Shown: positions 18,431-28,748, numbered from the stretch's first letter. The stretch is DNA of 50,999 nucleotides from Syntrophomonadaceae bacterium (GCA_003554395.1 PWGD01000097.1:1-50999), one strand, 5' to 3'. Numbers and translations: made by a program. Notes: a model not told the origin generated them from the letters alone.

Positions 18431-18662
18431 CGACTTTCACCACCTGTCACTTGATTACTGCCCGGGAGCGATTATTATATGCTGGTCTGAACTGGAAAGG
18501 GGCGGGCCTGGCCAGCACCCTTGCTGGGCTCCTGCAGCGCTATCGGTTGAGCGGTAATTTTTACAGATACTTTATTAGTTAATTTGAACAATTTGTAATA
18601 GATTAAAAATATAATAAATTAGCAGACATTTTAAACATTAAGAAGTTAACATTCGGCAAATA

Positions 18663-19109
18663 TTATACTATAAAATTAACGGCAATGCCAGCTTCAGAAA
18701 ATATTTTTTTGGCCAACTGGTCAGGGTAATTGTCGCTCAGGAGGAGGGAGGTCACTCCGGCATTGATCAGCATCTTGGCGCAAACCGCACAGGGATAGTG
18801 GGTGCAGTACAAAACAGAGCCTTTGATGGCCACGCCGTGGACGGCGGCCTGGATAATGGCGTTTTGCTCGGCGTGAAGCCCCCTGCATAGCTCGTGCCTT
18901 TCTCCGGAGGGGATCTGCCTCTCCTGCCGGATACAGCCCACTTCCTCGCAGTGGGGCAGGCCGCCGGGGGCCCCGTTATAGCCGGTGGCCAGGATCCTTT
19001 TGTCCAAAACCAGGAGCGCTCCTACCTGCCGTCTCATGCAGGTGGAGCGGGAAGCGACAACAACGGCGATCCGCATAAAATAATGGTCCCAATCCGGCCG
19101 GTCTATCAA
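18663..19109 (-). CDS. dCMP/cytidine deaminase family protein (ComEB-like)
   Basis: [15 protein letters not shown] and PCxxC zinc motif. Confidence 0.92.
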   Translation of the reverse strand: MIDRPDWDHYFMRIAVVVASRSTCMRRQVGALLVLDKRILATGYNGAPGGLPHCEEVGCIRQERQIPSGERHELCRGLHAEQNAIIQAAVHGVAIKGSVLYCTHYPCAVCAKMLINAGVTSLLLSDNYPDQLAKKIFSEAGIAVNFIV

Positions 19110-19166
19110 GCGAAACCCCCTGACTATGATCGGGGCTGGATCTAAATCCAGGCCCCGGGTTTGGTT

Positions 19167-19604
19167 TTATGTTTCCATTTGCTCAATTTTATGGAGGCGG
19201 TTGCTGTGCCGGCCGCCGCTGAAGGATGAATTTAAAAACTGATCGACAATGGCCAGGGCCAGGCCCGGTCCGATCACCCGCGATCCCATGGTCAGGATGT
19301 TGGCATTATTATGTTCCCGGGCGCATCTGGCAGAATAGGGTTCCCCGCATAAAGCGGCCCTGATCCCGGCCTTTTTATTGGCGGCAATGGACATGCCGAT
19401 TCCGGTACCGCAGATCAGGATACCGTAGCCGCATGCACCGGACTGGACGGCCGAAGTTACTGCCGCGGCAAGGTCCGGGTAATCGGCGCTTTCTTCAGAG
19501 AAAACACCGAAATCCTGCCAGCTGTGGCCGGCAGCCTCCAGGTGCGAGCCAACCTGCTCTTTTAAGCGGAAACCGGCATGATCACTGCCCAGCGCTATTT
19601 TCAT
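19167..19604 (-). CDS. rpiB: Ribose-5-phosphate isomerase B
   Basis: SDHAG, CGTGIG, HNNAN, GGRH. Confidence 0.96.
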   Translation of the reverse strand: MKIALGSDHAGFRLKEQVGSHLEAAGHSWQDFGVFSEESADYPDLAAAVTSAVQSGACGYGILICGTGIGMSIAANKKAGIRAALCGEPYSARCAREHNNANILTMGSRVIGPGLALAIVDQFLNSSFSGGRHSNRLHKIEQMET

Positions 19605-19629
19605 GATCTTCCCTTCCTTCTTTCTTTCC

Positions 19630-20106
19630 TTATCTTTCTTTTCCGGCCTTGAGCCTGGCCATTACTTTCTTGACGGAGAGGCGAATTTCCTCCAATGTCA
19701 GGCGATATATTTTCAGGTCTTGACCGGCGGGATCGGCGATATCGGGATTTCCCTGATCCGAACCGACAAAGCCTTTCAGGGTATAGGCTTTATTTTCCAG
19801 GTGCGGAAAGCGGGAAAGCAGGCGGCGAAGATGTTCTGCGGTCATGACCAGGATGATGTCGGCATCATCGGCAATTTCCCTGTTCAGAGCCCGGGCGCTA
19901 TGCTTTTCCAGGTCTGTGATGCCCTCAGCGCCGAGCAGGCTGCGGGCCTGCGGCGAGGCCTCCTCTCCGTCAACGGCCGCCAGGCCGGCCGAAGCGGCGA
20001 TAACTTTAAAAGTCAGCTCTTTGCGGGCGGGATCGTGGTTAAAAAGAACTTCTGCCATCGGGCTGCGGCAGGGGTTGCCGGTGCAGACAAAAAGTATTTT
20101 TAGCAA
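19630..20106 (-). CDS. Low-molecular-weight protein phosphatase (YwlE-like protein-arginine phosphatase)
   Basis: CTGNxCRSPMAE P-loop and DIADP motif; sits in the ywlC-ywlE-rpiB gene order. Confidence 0.85.
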   Translation of the reverse strand: MLKILFVCTGNPCRSPMAEVLFNHDPARKELTFKVIAASAGLAAVDGEEASPQARSLLGAEGITDLEKHSARALNREIADDADIILVMTAEHLRRLLSRFPHLENKAYTLKGFVGSDQGNPDIADPAGQDLKIYRLTLEEIRLSVKKVMARLKAGKER

Positions 20107-20139
20107 AAGTATCGCCTCCGTTACAGGTTACAGGCGCCT

Positions 20140-21162
20140 CTATCCTGAGCCGGCCCGCAGGATCCTGGTCGCCGCTTTCTTCAAGCGGTTCATTACGGCC
20201 AGGCCCAGGCCGGCCAGGTCAATTTCTTCAGCCAGGATTATATCAACACCCTGCCGGTCCATCCGGCGCAGGGAGCTGTAAAGGGTGACAGCCAGTTCTT
20301 CCGGGCCAATACCGGGCTCGAGGCGGCCCCGGAGGGCCGTATTCAGGTAGCCCACTTTTAAGGCCCGGTTCCGGAAATAAAGGGCCAGCGCTTTAATCAG
20401 CGCAAAGCGCTTTTCCGGCGGGCCCGTGACCAGGACCAGGGCGGCCCGCGGTGAATAGTGGCGGTATTTCATGCCCGGGGCCAGGGGCCGGCCGGGAGCA
20501 CTCTTAATGCCGGCCACCGCTACAGGCGAGCCCAGCGCTGCTTCCAGTTCTTCTTTAGAAACGCCCCCCGGCCTCAGGATGACCGGCTGTTCTCCGGTCA
20601 GGTCGAGCACCGTCGACTCGAGCCCGAGCGGGCAGGGCGCGCTTTTGATGACCGCTTCGATGCGGCCGGCCAGATCTTCCAGCACGTGCCGGTAAGTGGT
20701 CGGGCTGGGCCGGCCGGAGCGGTTGGCGCTCGGTGCGGCAATGGGAACACCGGAATAGCTGATCAGGTCCAGGGCCGTGCGGTGATCGGGCATCCTGACC
20801 GCAACTGAGGGCAGGCCGGCCGATACCAGGGCCGGAATTTTATCGGAACGGGGGAAAATAAGGCTCAAAGGGCCGGGCCAGAATTTTTCGGTCAGTATAT
20901 AGGCCCGGTCCGGAACAGTGCGGGCCACCGTTTTGAGCTGGTCCGGGTCAGAGAGGTGGACAATAAGGGGGTTGTCCGCCGGGCGGCCCTTGGCCGCAAA
21001 AATCCGCTTTACGGCACTGGCGTCGGTGGCGTCCGCTCCCAGGCCGTAGACGGTTTCGGTGGGAAAAGCGACCAGGCCGCCGCGCTTAATGATTGTGGCA
21101 GCCTTCTCAAGCCCGGGGCGGTCCTCTGAAAGGAGCAGGGTGCCCGTGATCGGAGCGGCCAT
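20140..21162 (-). CDS. sua5: Threonylcarbamoyl-AMP synthase (Sua5/YwlC)
   Basis: FPTETVYGLG, KGRPADNPLIVH, APSAN, PGMKYRHY. Confidence 0.95.
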   Translation of the reverse strand: MAAPITGTLLLSEDRPGLEKAATIIKRGGLVAFPTETVYGLGADATDASAVKRIFAAKGRPADNPLIVHLSDPDQLKTVARTVPDRAYILTEKFWPGPLSLIFPRSDKIPALVSAGLPSVAVRMPDHRTALDLISYSGVPIAAPSANRSGRPSPTTYRHVLEDLAGRIEAVIKSAPCPLGLESTVLDLTGEQPVILRPGGVSKEELEAALGSPVAVAGIKSAPGRPLAPGMKYRHYSPRAALVLVTGPPEKRFALIKALALYFRNRALKVGYLNTALRGRLEPGIGPEELAVTLYSSLRRMDRQGVDIILAEEIDLAGLGLAVMNRLKKAATRILRAGSG

Positions 21163-21190
21163 TAAGCTTCCTCAACTTTCGGGTTGATAA

Positions 21191-22792
21191 TTATTCTTCC
21201 AGGACCAGCTCGGCGATGTTCTTGGCATGGTCGGCCACCCGTTCCAGGTTGCTCAGCAGGTCGAGATAAATTACACCCGCCGAAGGATGGCACTGCTTGG
21301 TGTTAATCCGCTCGATATGCTTGTTGCGCAGCATTTTTTCCTGGGCGTCGATTTCATCGTCCTCGGCGATTACTTCCTCGGCCAGGGCCTTGTCCACGTA
21401 TTCAAAAGCAGTTACCGCTTTGTAAAGCATGGCTTCGATCTTGCCGCTAAAGGCTTTAACTTCTTCCTGGGCGACATTGGTAAAGGGGAGCCTATCTTCG
21501 GTTTTCATTTCCCCGAGCTGCATAATATTTTCGGAGTGATCACCGATTCTTTCCAGGTCGTTTGCCGCCGACATCAGGTGGCCGATCATTTTAGTTTGCT
21601 GCTGGGACATTGAATGCTGGGAAAGTTCGGACAGGTAAACGTTGATCTCTTTTTCCAAACCATCGATCAGATCTTCCATCTGTTCGATATGCTTGATCTT
21701 TTTAAGGTCCTTGTCCAGGAAAACCTGGAGCGATTCGTTTAACATTTCCCGGGCAATACCGGCCATCCGTAAAAGTTCCTGTTTGGCCCCGCCGATGGCC
21801 ACGGCGGGAGTCTTCATGATCCGGGCGTCCAAATACTTGGGCCCGAACTCCATTTTTTGGTCTTCGCCGGGGACGATAATGCAGATCAGGCGGCTAAAGT
21901 ATTTTAAAAAGATCAGGAAGATCAGGGTATTAAAGATGTTAAAGGCCGTATGGGTGTTGGCTACCTGCCGGGGCACCGTCTCGGCCGTTTCTAACATGAT
22001 GGAGGTGAAGGGGCCCAGGAACATGAGGACGAGGATGACGCCGACAACATTAAATACGACGTGAGCCGCAGCCGCCCGGCGGGCCGCCACATTGGCCCCG
22101 ATGCCGGCCAGGATGGCCGTAATACAGGTCCCGATGTTGGTGCCTAAAATGAGGGGGACGGCCGCATCGAAGGGGATCAGGTCCTGAACGGTCAGGGCGA
22201 TGATGACACCGGTTGAAGCGCTGCTGCTCTGGATCAGGGCAGTAAAGGCGGCCCCGGCCAGGATGCCCAGGACGGGATAGCGGCTGAACTGCATCAGCAG
22301 ATCATAAAAGGCTTCCAGTTCCCGCAGGGGGCTCAGGCCGTCAGCCATGATGGTCATGCCCAAAAACAAAAGGCCCAGGCCGAGCACGGTCTGACCCACG
22401 TAGCGGTGGAAGCGGCGGCGCCCGAAAAAGTTTAACAGGGAACCGATCCCGATGGCGGGGAGGGCAATAACCCAGATTTCGAAAGATATTAACTGGGCGG
22501 TGACGGTGGTCCCGATGTTGGCCCCAATGATAACACTGATCGCCTGGGAAAGGTTCATCAGGCCGGCATTGGCAAAACCGACCACCATGACGCTGGCGGT
22601 GCTGCTGCTCTGGACCAGGATGGTGATCAGGATCCCGGTAAAAACGCCGATTACCGGTTTGTTGGTCAGAACTTCCAGGATGCGCCGAAAACGATCACCG
22701 GCTGCTTTCTGCATCCCGGAAGCCATTATTTGAATGCCAAAAAGAAACAGGCCCAATCCGCCCAGCGTCGTAATGGCGATTTCCCAGAACAA
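21191..22792 (-). CDS. Na+/phosphate cotransporter with C-terminal PhoU repeats
   Basis: Two QSSS motifs, GANIGT/GTNIGT, and LERIGDH/LERVADH. Confidence 0.93.
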   Translation of the reverse strand: MFWEIAITTLGGLGLFLFGIQIMASGMQKAAGDRFRRILEVLTNKPVIGVFTGILITILVQSSSTASVMVVGFANAGLMNLSQAISVIIGANIGTTVTAQLISFEIWVIALPAIGIGSLLNFFGRRRFHRYVGQTVLGLGLLFLGMTIMADGLSPLRELEAFYDLLMQFSRYPVLGILAGAAFTALIQSSSASTGVIIALTVQDLIPFDAAVPLILGTNIGTCITAILAGIGANVAARRAAAAHVVFNVVGVILVLMFLGPFTSIMLETAETVPRQVANTHTAFNIFNTLIFLIFLKYFSRLICIIVPGEDQKMEFGPKYLDARIMKTPAVAIGGAKQELLRMAGIAREMLNESLQVFLDKDLKKIKHIEQMEDLIDGLEKEINVYLSELSQHSMSQQQTKMIGHLMSAANDLERIGDHSENIMQLGEMKTEDRLPFTNVAQEEVKAFSGKIEAMLYKAVTAFEYVDKALAEEVIAEDDEIDAQEKMLRNKHIERINTKQCHPSAGVIYLDLLSNLERVADHAKNIAELVLEE

Positions 22793-22845
22793 TGGCCGCC
22801 CTCCCGGAGGAGCTTAGTATTATGCTTACTGCCTTTTACTCCCTC

Positions 22846-22874
22846 ATTATAAAGCAGGCGGGGAGCTTTTTCAA
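22846..22874 (-). promoter_or_regulatory. Sigma-A promoter of the Na/Pi cotransporter operon
   Basis: TTGAAA-N17-TATAAT. Confidence 0.65.
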
Positions 22875-22963
22875 TGCTACCGGGAACTATTCGGCACAGT
22901 CCCGCCTTTTCCCTGTTTCAATATGTTATAATCATAACAAATTTTTCTGGAGGTGTTACAGGG

Positions 22964-23383
22964 GTGTCAGAACTGATCCGTTTTGGGATCTCCATGGAGA
23001 AAGAACTGCTGGGACGGCTGGACCAGGAGATTGTAAAACATGGTTATCCCAACCGCTCGGAAGCGATCCGGGATCTGGTCCGGGGCCAGCTGGTGGAACT
23101 GGACTGGTCCCGGGAAGATGAAGAAGTGGCCGGCACGGTAACCATTATTTACAACCACCATGTCCGCGGTTTGAGCGACATGCTCCTGGAGCTGCAGCAC
23201 GAGCACCACGAGATGATCGTCTCCGTGATGCACGTCCACTTGGAGCACGATCACTGCCTGGAAGTGATGGTGATCAAGGGCCAGGCCGGCGAAGCCAGGG
23301 CCCTGGCCGGTAGGTTGATCGGCGCAAAAGGGGTCAAACACGGCAAGTTGACGATAACCTCTACCGGCAGGAGGCTTAACTAG
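22964..23383 (+). CDS. nikR: Nickel-responsive regulator NikR
   Basis: RHH RFGISM...NRSEAIRDL and Ni site YNHH...HVHLEHDHCLE. GTG start after GGAGGTG; extended -10 TGTTATAAT at 22924-22932. Confidence 0.95.
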   Translation: MSELIRFGISMEKELLGRLDQEIVKHGYPNRSEAIRDLVRGQLVELDWSREDEEVAGTVTIIYNHHVRGLSDMLLELQHEHHEMIVSVMHVHLEHDHCLEVMVIKGQAGEARALAGRLIGAKGVKHGKLTITSTGRRLN

Positions 23384-23480
23384 GCAGCGGAACCTGATCT
23401 GCCGGCTTCAGCCGCCCCAAGGGTGCCGCACCGCCCCGGTTTCATGCAAAAGCCGGCTTTTTTCCTGCAGGAAGCGGGCT

Positions 23481-24365
23481 TTAAGAGATTTGTCCTTCAA
23501 TGACCCGCGGCCAATTGTTGAGATCGTAATGCCAGGTTATGGCCCTGAACAGCCCCGTTTCAAAACAGAGCTCCTCAATTTGCTCTTTCTGGCCAGCGCC
23601 CACCTCCAACAGCAGCACCGCCGGAGCCAGCGCATATTCGGCCAGCCGGCCCAGGATCAGCCGGTACCCTTCCAGGCCGTCTTCTCCTCCATTTAAGGCC
23701 TGCACCGGCTCGTAATCCTTCACCCCTTTAGGCAGGTTTTCAAGTGCCCGGCGGCCCAGGTAGGGCGGATTGGAAACAATTAAGTTAAAACCCGGCCGGG
23801 GCTCCAGGTTATCAAAAGCGTCCCAAAAGCTGCCCCGGTGAAAATGCAGCCGGTCCCCGACATTATGGGCGGCAGCATTAAGGCGGGCCACCTTTAAAGC
23901 AGCTTCCGAAACATCGACCGCTCGGACCTCGGAGCGGGGCAGCAAGAGGGCCAGAGTTACGGCCAGGACTCCGCTGCCGGTGCCGAGATCGGCGCAGACC
24001 AGACCCCGGCCCTCCCTGCCGGCAAGCCGCCCGGCTACCGCCAGGGCCCGTTCAATGATCAGTTCTGTTTCCGGCCTGGGGATCAGGACAGCAGGGGTCA
24101 CCGCAAAGCGGTAGCCGTAAAAATATTTTTCGCCGGTTATATATGCAGCCGGTTCTTCACAGCACCGGCGGGTAACGGCGTCCTGAAATACAGCTTCTTT
24201 TGCGTGGGAAAGGGTCTCGTCCTGGCGCAGGAAGAGCTGGAGGCGATCGGTGTTCATGATCCGGGCCAGCAGGTATTCCGCCTCTTTACGGGGCTGATCA
24301 ATACCTGCCTCATGCAAGCAAAAAGAAGCTCCCTGCAGAGCTTCTTTAATAGTCCGTTCAGTCAA
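23481..24365 (-). CDS. prmC: Release factor glutamine methyltransferase
   Basis: LIPRPETE, DLGTGSG, SNPPY. Confidence 0.96.
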   Translation of the reverse strand: MTERTIKEALQGASFCLHEAGIDQPRKEAEYLLARIMNTDRLQLFLRQDETLSHAKEAVFQDAVTRRCCEEPAAYITGEKYFYGYRFAVTPAVLIPRPETELIIERALAVAGRLAGREGRGLVCADLGTGSGVLAVTLALLLPRSEVRAVDVSEAALKVARLNAAAHNVGDRLHFHRGSFWDAFDNLEPRPGFNLIVSNPPYLGRRALENLPKGVKDYEPVQALNGGEDGLEGYRLILGRLAEYALAPAVLLLEVGAGQKEQIEELCFETGLFRAITWHYDLNNWPRVIEGQIS

Positions 24366-24373
24366 GGGCTTGT

Positions 24374-25444
24374 TTAGCCTCCCGTTTCTTTCAGCTGCTC
24401 CGCCCTCTCATTGGCTGACAGCTCTTCGATAATTTCTTCCAGATCCCCGTTGAGGACCAGCTCCAGCTTGTGCAGGGTAAGGCCGATGCGGTGATCGGTG
24501 ACCCGGTTCTGGGGAAAATTGTAGGTGCGGATCCGCTCGCTGCGATCGCCGCTGCCGACCATGGTTTTCCTGGTTTCGGCCACCTCGGCTGTCTGTTCGG
24601 AAATATATTTATCCAAAAGGCGGCTGCGCAGGATGCGCAGGGCCTTTTCCTTGTTCTGAAGCTGAGATTTCTCGTCCTGGCAGCTGACCACCAACCCGGT
24701 GGGAAGATGAGTAATCCGGATAGCGGACTGGGTCGTGTTCACGCTCTGACCGCCGGGGCCGGTGGCGCAAAAGGTGTCAATGCGCAGGTCCTGCGGATTA
24801 ATTTCCACATCTACTTCCTCAACCTCGGGAAGGACGGCTACGGTAGCAGCAGAAGTATGGATCCGTCCGCCCGATTCGGTGGATGGTATGCGCTGGACCC
24901 GGTGGACACCGCTTTCAAATTTCAGGCGGCTGTAGGCCCCTTTGCCCTCAATTCCGAGAATGACTTCCTTGTAGCCCCCGATATCGGTGGGGTGCGATTC
25001 CACGATTTCTGTTTTGTAATTTTTTTGTTCGGCATAGCGGGAATACATCTTCAGCAAGTCGGCGGCGAAAAGGGCCGCTTCTTCTCCGCCGGTCCCGGCC
25101 CTGATTTCGATAAAGACGTTTTTTTCGGCGTAGGGATCTTTGGGCAGCAGCTCTTCTTTCAGTTCGGATTTAATTTTTTCTTTTTCCTGCTCTAGTGCTT
25201 CGACTTCATCCTTAACATATGCTTCCATGTCGGCTTCTTTATTGTCGGTGAGCATTTCTTGGGCCTCTTCGATTTCCCGCTCAACTTGTTTCAGCCGGCG
25301 GTAAAGTTCCACCACCGGGCTGATGGAGGCCATTTCCTTGGATAAATTCATCCATTCGTCGCGTTTCTCCAGGACCGCTGGGTTGCTGAGCAGCTGCTCC
25401 AGTTCATCGTAGCGTTGTTCAATCATGGCCAGTTTATCTCGCAT
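24374..25444 (-). CDS. prfA: Peptide chain release factor 1
   Basis: GGQ motif, PxT (PST) tripeptide, RTYNFPQ. Confidence 0.97.
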   Translation of the reverse strand: MRDKLAMIEQRYDELEQLLSNPAVLEKRDEWMNLSKEMASISPVVELYRRLKQVEREIEEAQEMLTDNKEADMEAYVKDEVEALEQEKEKIKSELKEELLPKDPYAEKNVFIEIRAGTGGEEAALFAADLLKMYSRYAEQKNYKTEIVESHPTDIGGYKEVILGIEGKGAYSRLKFESGVHRVQRIPSTESGGRIHTSAATVAVLPEVEEVDVEINPQDLRIDTFCATGPGGQSVNTTQSAIRITHLPTGLVVSCQDEKSQLQNKEKALRILRSRLLDKYISEQTAEVAETRKTMVGSGDRSERIRTYNFPQNRVTDHRIGLTLHKLELVLNGDLEEIIEELSANERAEQLKETGG

Positions 25445-26348
25445 CTGCCGTCACCTCGGCCTCTCTCTCGCAGGCCGTTTCCGGTTGCTCCTGGTCGGGT
25501 TCCAGGACCGCTTGCAGGGCTGAAAGGGCCACTTCGAGTTGGCCCCGGTCGGGCTCCTTGGTTGTAAGCCTCTGCAGCCACAAGCCCGGTGCGGTCATCA
25601 CTTTGACCAGGGGCGAAGAACTGCGGGCCGAATAGCGAATCGCCTCATAGGAAAGACCGGCCACCAGCGGCAGTAAAACCAGCCTCAGGGCGATCCGCTG
25701 GGCCAGATCCGGCCAGCCGAAAAATGAAAACAGGATTATGCTGACCACCATCACCGTGAGGATAAAGCTGGTCCCGCAGCGGGGGTGGCGGGTGGAAAAG
25801 TCATTAATCCGGTTCAGGTCATAAGACTGATCGCTCTCGTAGCAGTAAATGACCTTGTGCTCCGCACCGTGATACTGGAAAAAGCGCTGCACATCTCCCC
25901 AGCGGGTAATGAGAAATATATAGGTCACAAAAATAACCAGGCGGACCAGCCCCTCGATCAGGTTTAACCAGATCGGAGGCCAGACCGGTAAAAATCGGAC
26001 CAGGTAGGTGGGTAGAATAAAAAAGAGGCTCACCCCCAGGCCCAAACCGAGCACAACCATTAGGAAACTGTGCCAGCCGGTCAGTTCTTCTTCCTCTTCG
26101 GCCAGGGCTTCGGCCGCGGAAATATTCAGGGCCCGCACACCCAGGAAAAGGGCCTCGAAAAAGGCCACCGCGCCCCTTATTACGGGCCAGCCCAGCAGAG
26201 GATACTTTTTCGCCAGCGGCCGTAAGGTTTCCCGGTGCACGCTGATCGTATCATCGCTGCGCCGGCAGGCGATGGCCATCCGGTCCCGGTAGCGCATCAT
26301 GACCCCTTCCAGGACTGCCTGGCCGCCCACTGTTTTGGTATTGTTCAT
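25434..26348 (-). CDS. DUF1385 domain membrane protein
   Basis: [26 protein letters not shown]; usual position beside rpmE/prfA. Confidence 0.92.
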   Translation of the reverse strand: MNNTKTVGGQAVLEGVMMRYRDRMAIACRRSDDTISVHRETLRPLAKKYPLLGWPVIRGAVAFFEALFLGVRALNISAAEALAEEEEELTGWHSFLMVVLGLGLGVSLFFILPTYLVRFLPVWPPIWLNLIEGLVRLVIFVTYIFLITRWGDVQRFFQYHGAEHKVIYCYESDQSYDLNRINDFSTRHPRCGTSFILTVMVVSIILFSFFGWPDLAQRIALRLVLLPLVAGLSYEAIRYSARSSSPLVKVMTAPGLWLQRLTTKEPDRGQLEVALSALQAVLEPDQEQPETACEREAEVTADAR

Positions 26349-26402
26349 CAGTAATCCCTTCTTTACATGAAAAAAGCAGAGCACGCCGGCCCTGCTCTTA
26401 CT

Positions 26403-26600
26403 TTACCTACCGTATTTGCGCTTAAAGCGTTCAACACGCCCGCCGGTGTCGACAAATTTCTGCTTGCCGGTAAAAAACGGGTGACACTTGGAGCAGATCT
26501 CCACTTTCAGGGCTTCCCTGGTGGAGCCAACTTCAAACGATTCCCCGCAGGCGCAGGTTACCTGGGCTTTATGATATTTAGGGTGCAAATCTGCCTTCAT
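26403..26600 (-). CDS. rpmE: 50S ribosomal protein L31 (Zn-binding type)
   Basis: HPKY...CACG...[10 protein letters not shown]...GRVERF. Confidence 0.97.
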   Translation of the reverse strand: MKADLHPKYHKAQVTCACGESFEVGSTREALKVEICSKCHPFFTGKQKFVDTGGRVERFKRKYGR

Positions 26601-26636
26601 TTACTTCATCCTCCTTAATACTTTCCTCGACTTCAA

Positions 26637-26665
26637 ATCATAGCACATCGTCTTTTATTCTGCAA
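26637..26665 (-). promoter_or_regulatory. Sigma-A promoter of rpmE
   Basis: TTGCAG-N17-TATGAT with a TG extension. Confidence 0.65.
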
Positions 26666-26677
26666 CTAGACAAAACC

Positions 26678-26862
26678 CAGGAATAACAGGGACGGTTCTT
26701 AATATTCCATCCCGCCGCGGAATGCGCAGCGAAATAATTTCTGTTCTCTGGGGATAGTTTCAATATTCAGGGACGATTCTTTCTATTCCTGTCACAGCCA
26801 GGATCGATTTTGATCAGGGAATATGTAAAAAGGAATATTAAGAACCGTCCCTGTTATTCCTG
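26678..26862. repeat. REP/REPIN-like element: perfect 31-bp inverted repeat plus an internal degenerate copy
   Basis: CAGGAATAACAGGGACGGTTCTTAATATTCC at 26678-26708 and its exact reverse complement at 26832-26862; degenerate copy AATATTCAGGGACGATTCTTTCTATTCC at 26762-26789. Confidence 0.9.
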
Positions 26863-26868
26863 TATTGT

Positions 26869-28542
26869 TTAAAAAACTGCTGTCCCGTATCCATAGATAA
26901 TGATCTGGCCGAGGATGCCGACAAGGAAAGTGTAAAGCAGGGAAGGGAGCAGGTTGCGCCTGATTACAAAGCCTTCCCGGCCGACAATACCGCATACCGC
27001 ACAGGCTGCAACAACATTGTGCACGGCAATCATATTTCCGGTAGCTCCACCCACTGCCTGCATGGCCGAGATGATAGTTTTCGATATGCCCAAACCTTCT
27101 GCCACGCTAAACTGAAAACCGCCGAAAAGTATATTGGCCACGGTGTTCGAACCGGATACAAAGGCGCCGAGAGCGCCTACAAACGGGGACACAAGCGGCC
27201 AGGCCTGCCCCACGCCGGCGGCGGCAGACCGGGACATAACCATAAGCATGCTGGGGTAACCGGCTGCATTGATATCAGTCTGCACTAACACCCGGACCAT
27301 GGCCAGGGCAAAAAACAGGGCAATTGCAGCCGGTATAAGTTGGTTAATTGTTTTTAACCAGGCCTCTTTTACTTGATTTCCGGGCATTTTATGGAGCAGG
27401 ATAGTGAGAAGAGCAATCAGCATAAAAGGCACAGTTCCAGGAAGCCAGAGCGGTCTGATAACCCAGTTTACCCCTTTTTGACCCAGTATTTCCGGCCATT
27501 CGATGGTGAAGGCTCTTAGCAGGCTGTCCAGGCCAAAAACCCCCAACCGGGTCAAGACTAAAATAATGGCAACCAGGATATAGGGCAGCCAGGCCTTAAA
27601 AAGAGACATGGAGGTGCCGGCCGATTTTTGGGCGGTTGCTGCCTGGAGCGGTTCTCCCCAGTCTTCTTCCCATTCTTCGGGCCGGGGAAAATCCCAGGCT
27701 TCTGCCGGCATTAAAAAACCGGCCCGCGCTGCGGTAACGACGATGAACAAACCGATTAAGGCGCCCACTACCGAAGGCAGCTCGGGACCTACAAAATAGG
27801 CCATCAAAAAGTAGGGCCCTGTAAAGGAGAGGCCGGCGAAAAGGGCAAAAGGCCCTGCCTGTAAGCCTTCCCTGAAAGATTTGTTTTTACCGTAAAAGCG
27901 GGTTAGCATCGCTACCACCAGCAGGGGCAGAAAGGTCCCCAAGATACCATGGAAAACTGCCGACCAGATCCCCACATTTACCAGAAATCCCCTCATGGCT
28001 ACAGCTTCAGGAAGCATTCCCGAAACAGCAGCTTCAGTGCCTACGATAATGGGGGTACCCACGGCGCCGAAAGTCACGGAGGTGGAGTTGAAAATCAGGG
28101 CACACATTACCGCGGCAAGAGGCGGAAAGCCCAGCCCCATCAAGAGAGGGGCAGCCAAGGCAGCAGGAGTCCCAAAGCCGGCAGCCCCCTCGATGAAAGA
28201 CACAAACATCCAGCCAATGATTAAGACCTGGATCCGGCGATCAGGGGTTATACCGTCAAACCCCTTGTTGATGACATCAATGGCCCCGCTGTTTTTCATG
28301 GTATTGAGCAGCACAATTGCCCCGAAGACAATGATCAGGATATCAAAGGCAGAAAGCACTCCTTCCAAAGTGGCCGCCATAACCCGGGCCGGATCGACCT
28401 GCCATACAAGCAGGCCCAGTAATACTGCCAGGCCCCAGGCTAAGGGCATCGCCCGTTTTGCAGGCCACATAAACCCCGCCATTAAAATAATAACCATCAT
28501 GATCGGCAGGGCGGCTATCAATGGAAGCAAAGCCATAAGCAT
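26869..28542 (-). CDS. lctP: L-lactate permease
   Basis: [11 protein letters not shown]...[26 protein letters not shown]; multi-TM. Confidence 0.93.
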   Translation of the reverse strand: MLMALLPLIAALPIMMVIILMAGFMWPAKRAMPLAWGLAVLLGLLVWQVDPARVMAATLEGVLSAFDILIIVFGAIVLLNTMKNSGAIDVINKGFDGITPDRRIQVLIIGWMFVSFIEGAAGFGTPAALAAPLLMGLGFPPLAAVMCALIFNSTSVTFGAVGTPIIVGTEAAVSGMLPEAVAMRGFLVNVGIWSAVFHGILGTFLPLLVVAMLTRFYGKNKSFREGLQAGPFALFAGLSFTGPYFLMAYFVGPELPSVVGALIGLFIVVTAARAGFLMPAEAWDFPRPEEWEEDWGEPLQAATAQKSAGTSMSLFKAWLPYILVAIILVLTRLGVFGLDSLLRAFTIEWPEILGQKGVNWVIRPLWLPGTVPFMLIALLTILLHKMPGNQVKEAWLKTINQLIPAAIALFFALAMVRVLVQTDINAAGYPSMLMVMSRSAAAGVGQAWPLVSPFVGALGAFVSGSNTVANILFGGFQFSVAEGLGISKTIISAMQAVGGATGNMIAVHNVVAACAVCGIVGREGFVIRRNLLPSLLYTFLVGILGQIIIYGYGTAVF

Positions 28543-28719
28543 TTTTAAAATCCCCTCATGAAAATATAAATATCAAGAGGCCGAAGCTAATCATACTTTC
28601 AGGTGTTCCCTCAACATGTCATCACTTATACCTCTGCCGCTTCAACTTGGCAGGGATGAAACCTGGGCCGGGGGGTGGTTGTAAATTATAGGTTTTCGCC
28701 AAAAACTGTTCAGGGGAGA

Positions 28720-28747
28720 GGAATAAAAAGAACCGTCCCCGATATTC
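28720..28747. repeat. Single copy of the GGGACGGTTC repeat directly after the larA stop
   Basis: GGAATAAAAAGAACCGTCCCCGATATTC; the minus strand reads TAA-T-GAATATCGGGGACGGTTCTTTTTATTCC. Confidence 0.85.
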
Positions 28748-28748
28748 A

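Noticed and set aside
18574-18591. Rex operator upstream of the ATPase operon (ATTAGTTAATTTGAACAA)
   Set aside because: Only one half-site fits TTGTTAA-N4-TTAACAA, in a very AT-rich context.
22793-22845. yybP-ykoY (Mn2+) riboswitch in the Na/Pi leader (GGGAGTA...AATAC)
   Set aside because: The leader is only about 50 nt and lacks the second helix pair and the GAGACC-type 3' segment.
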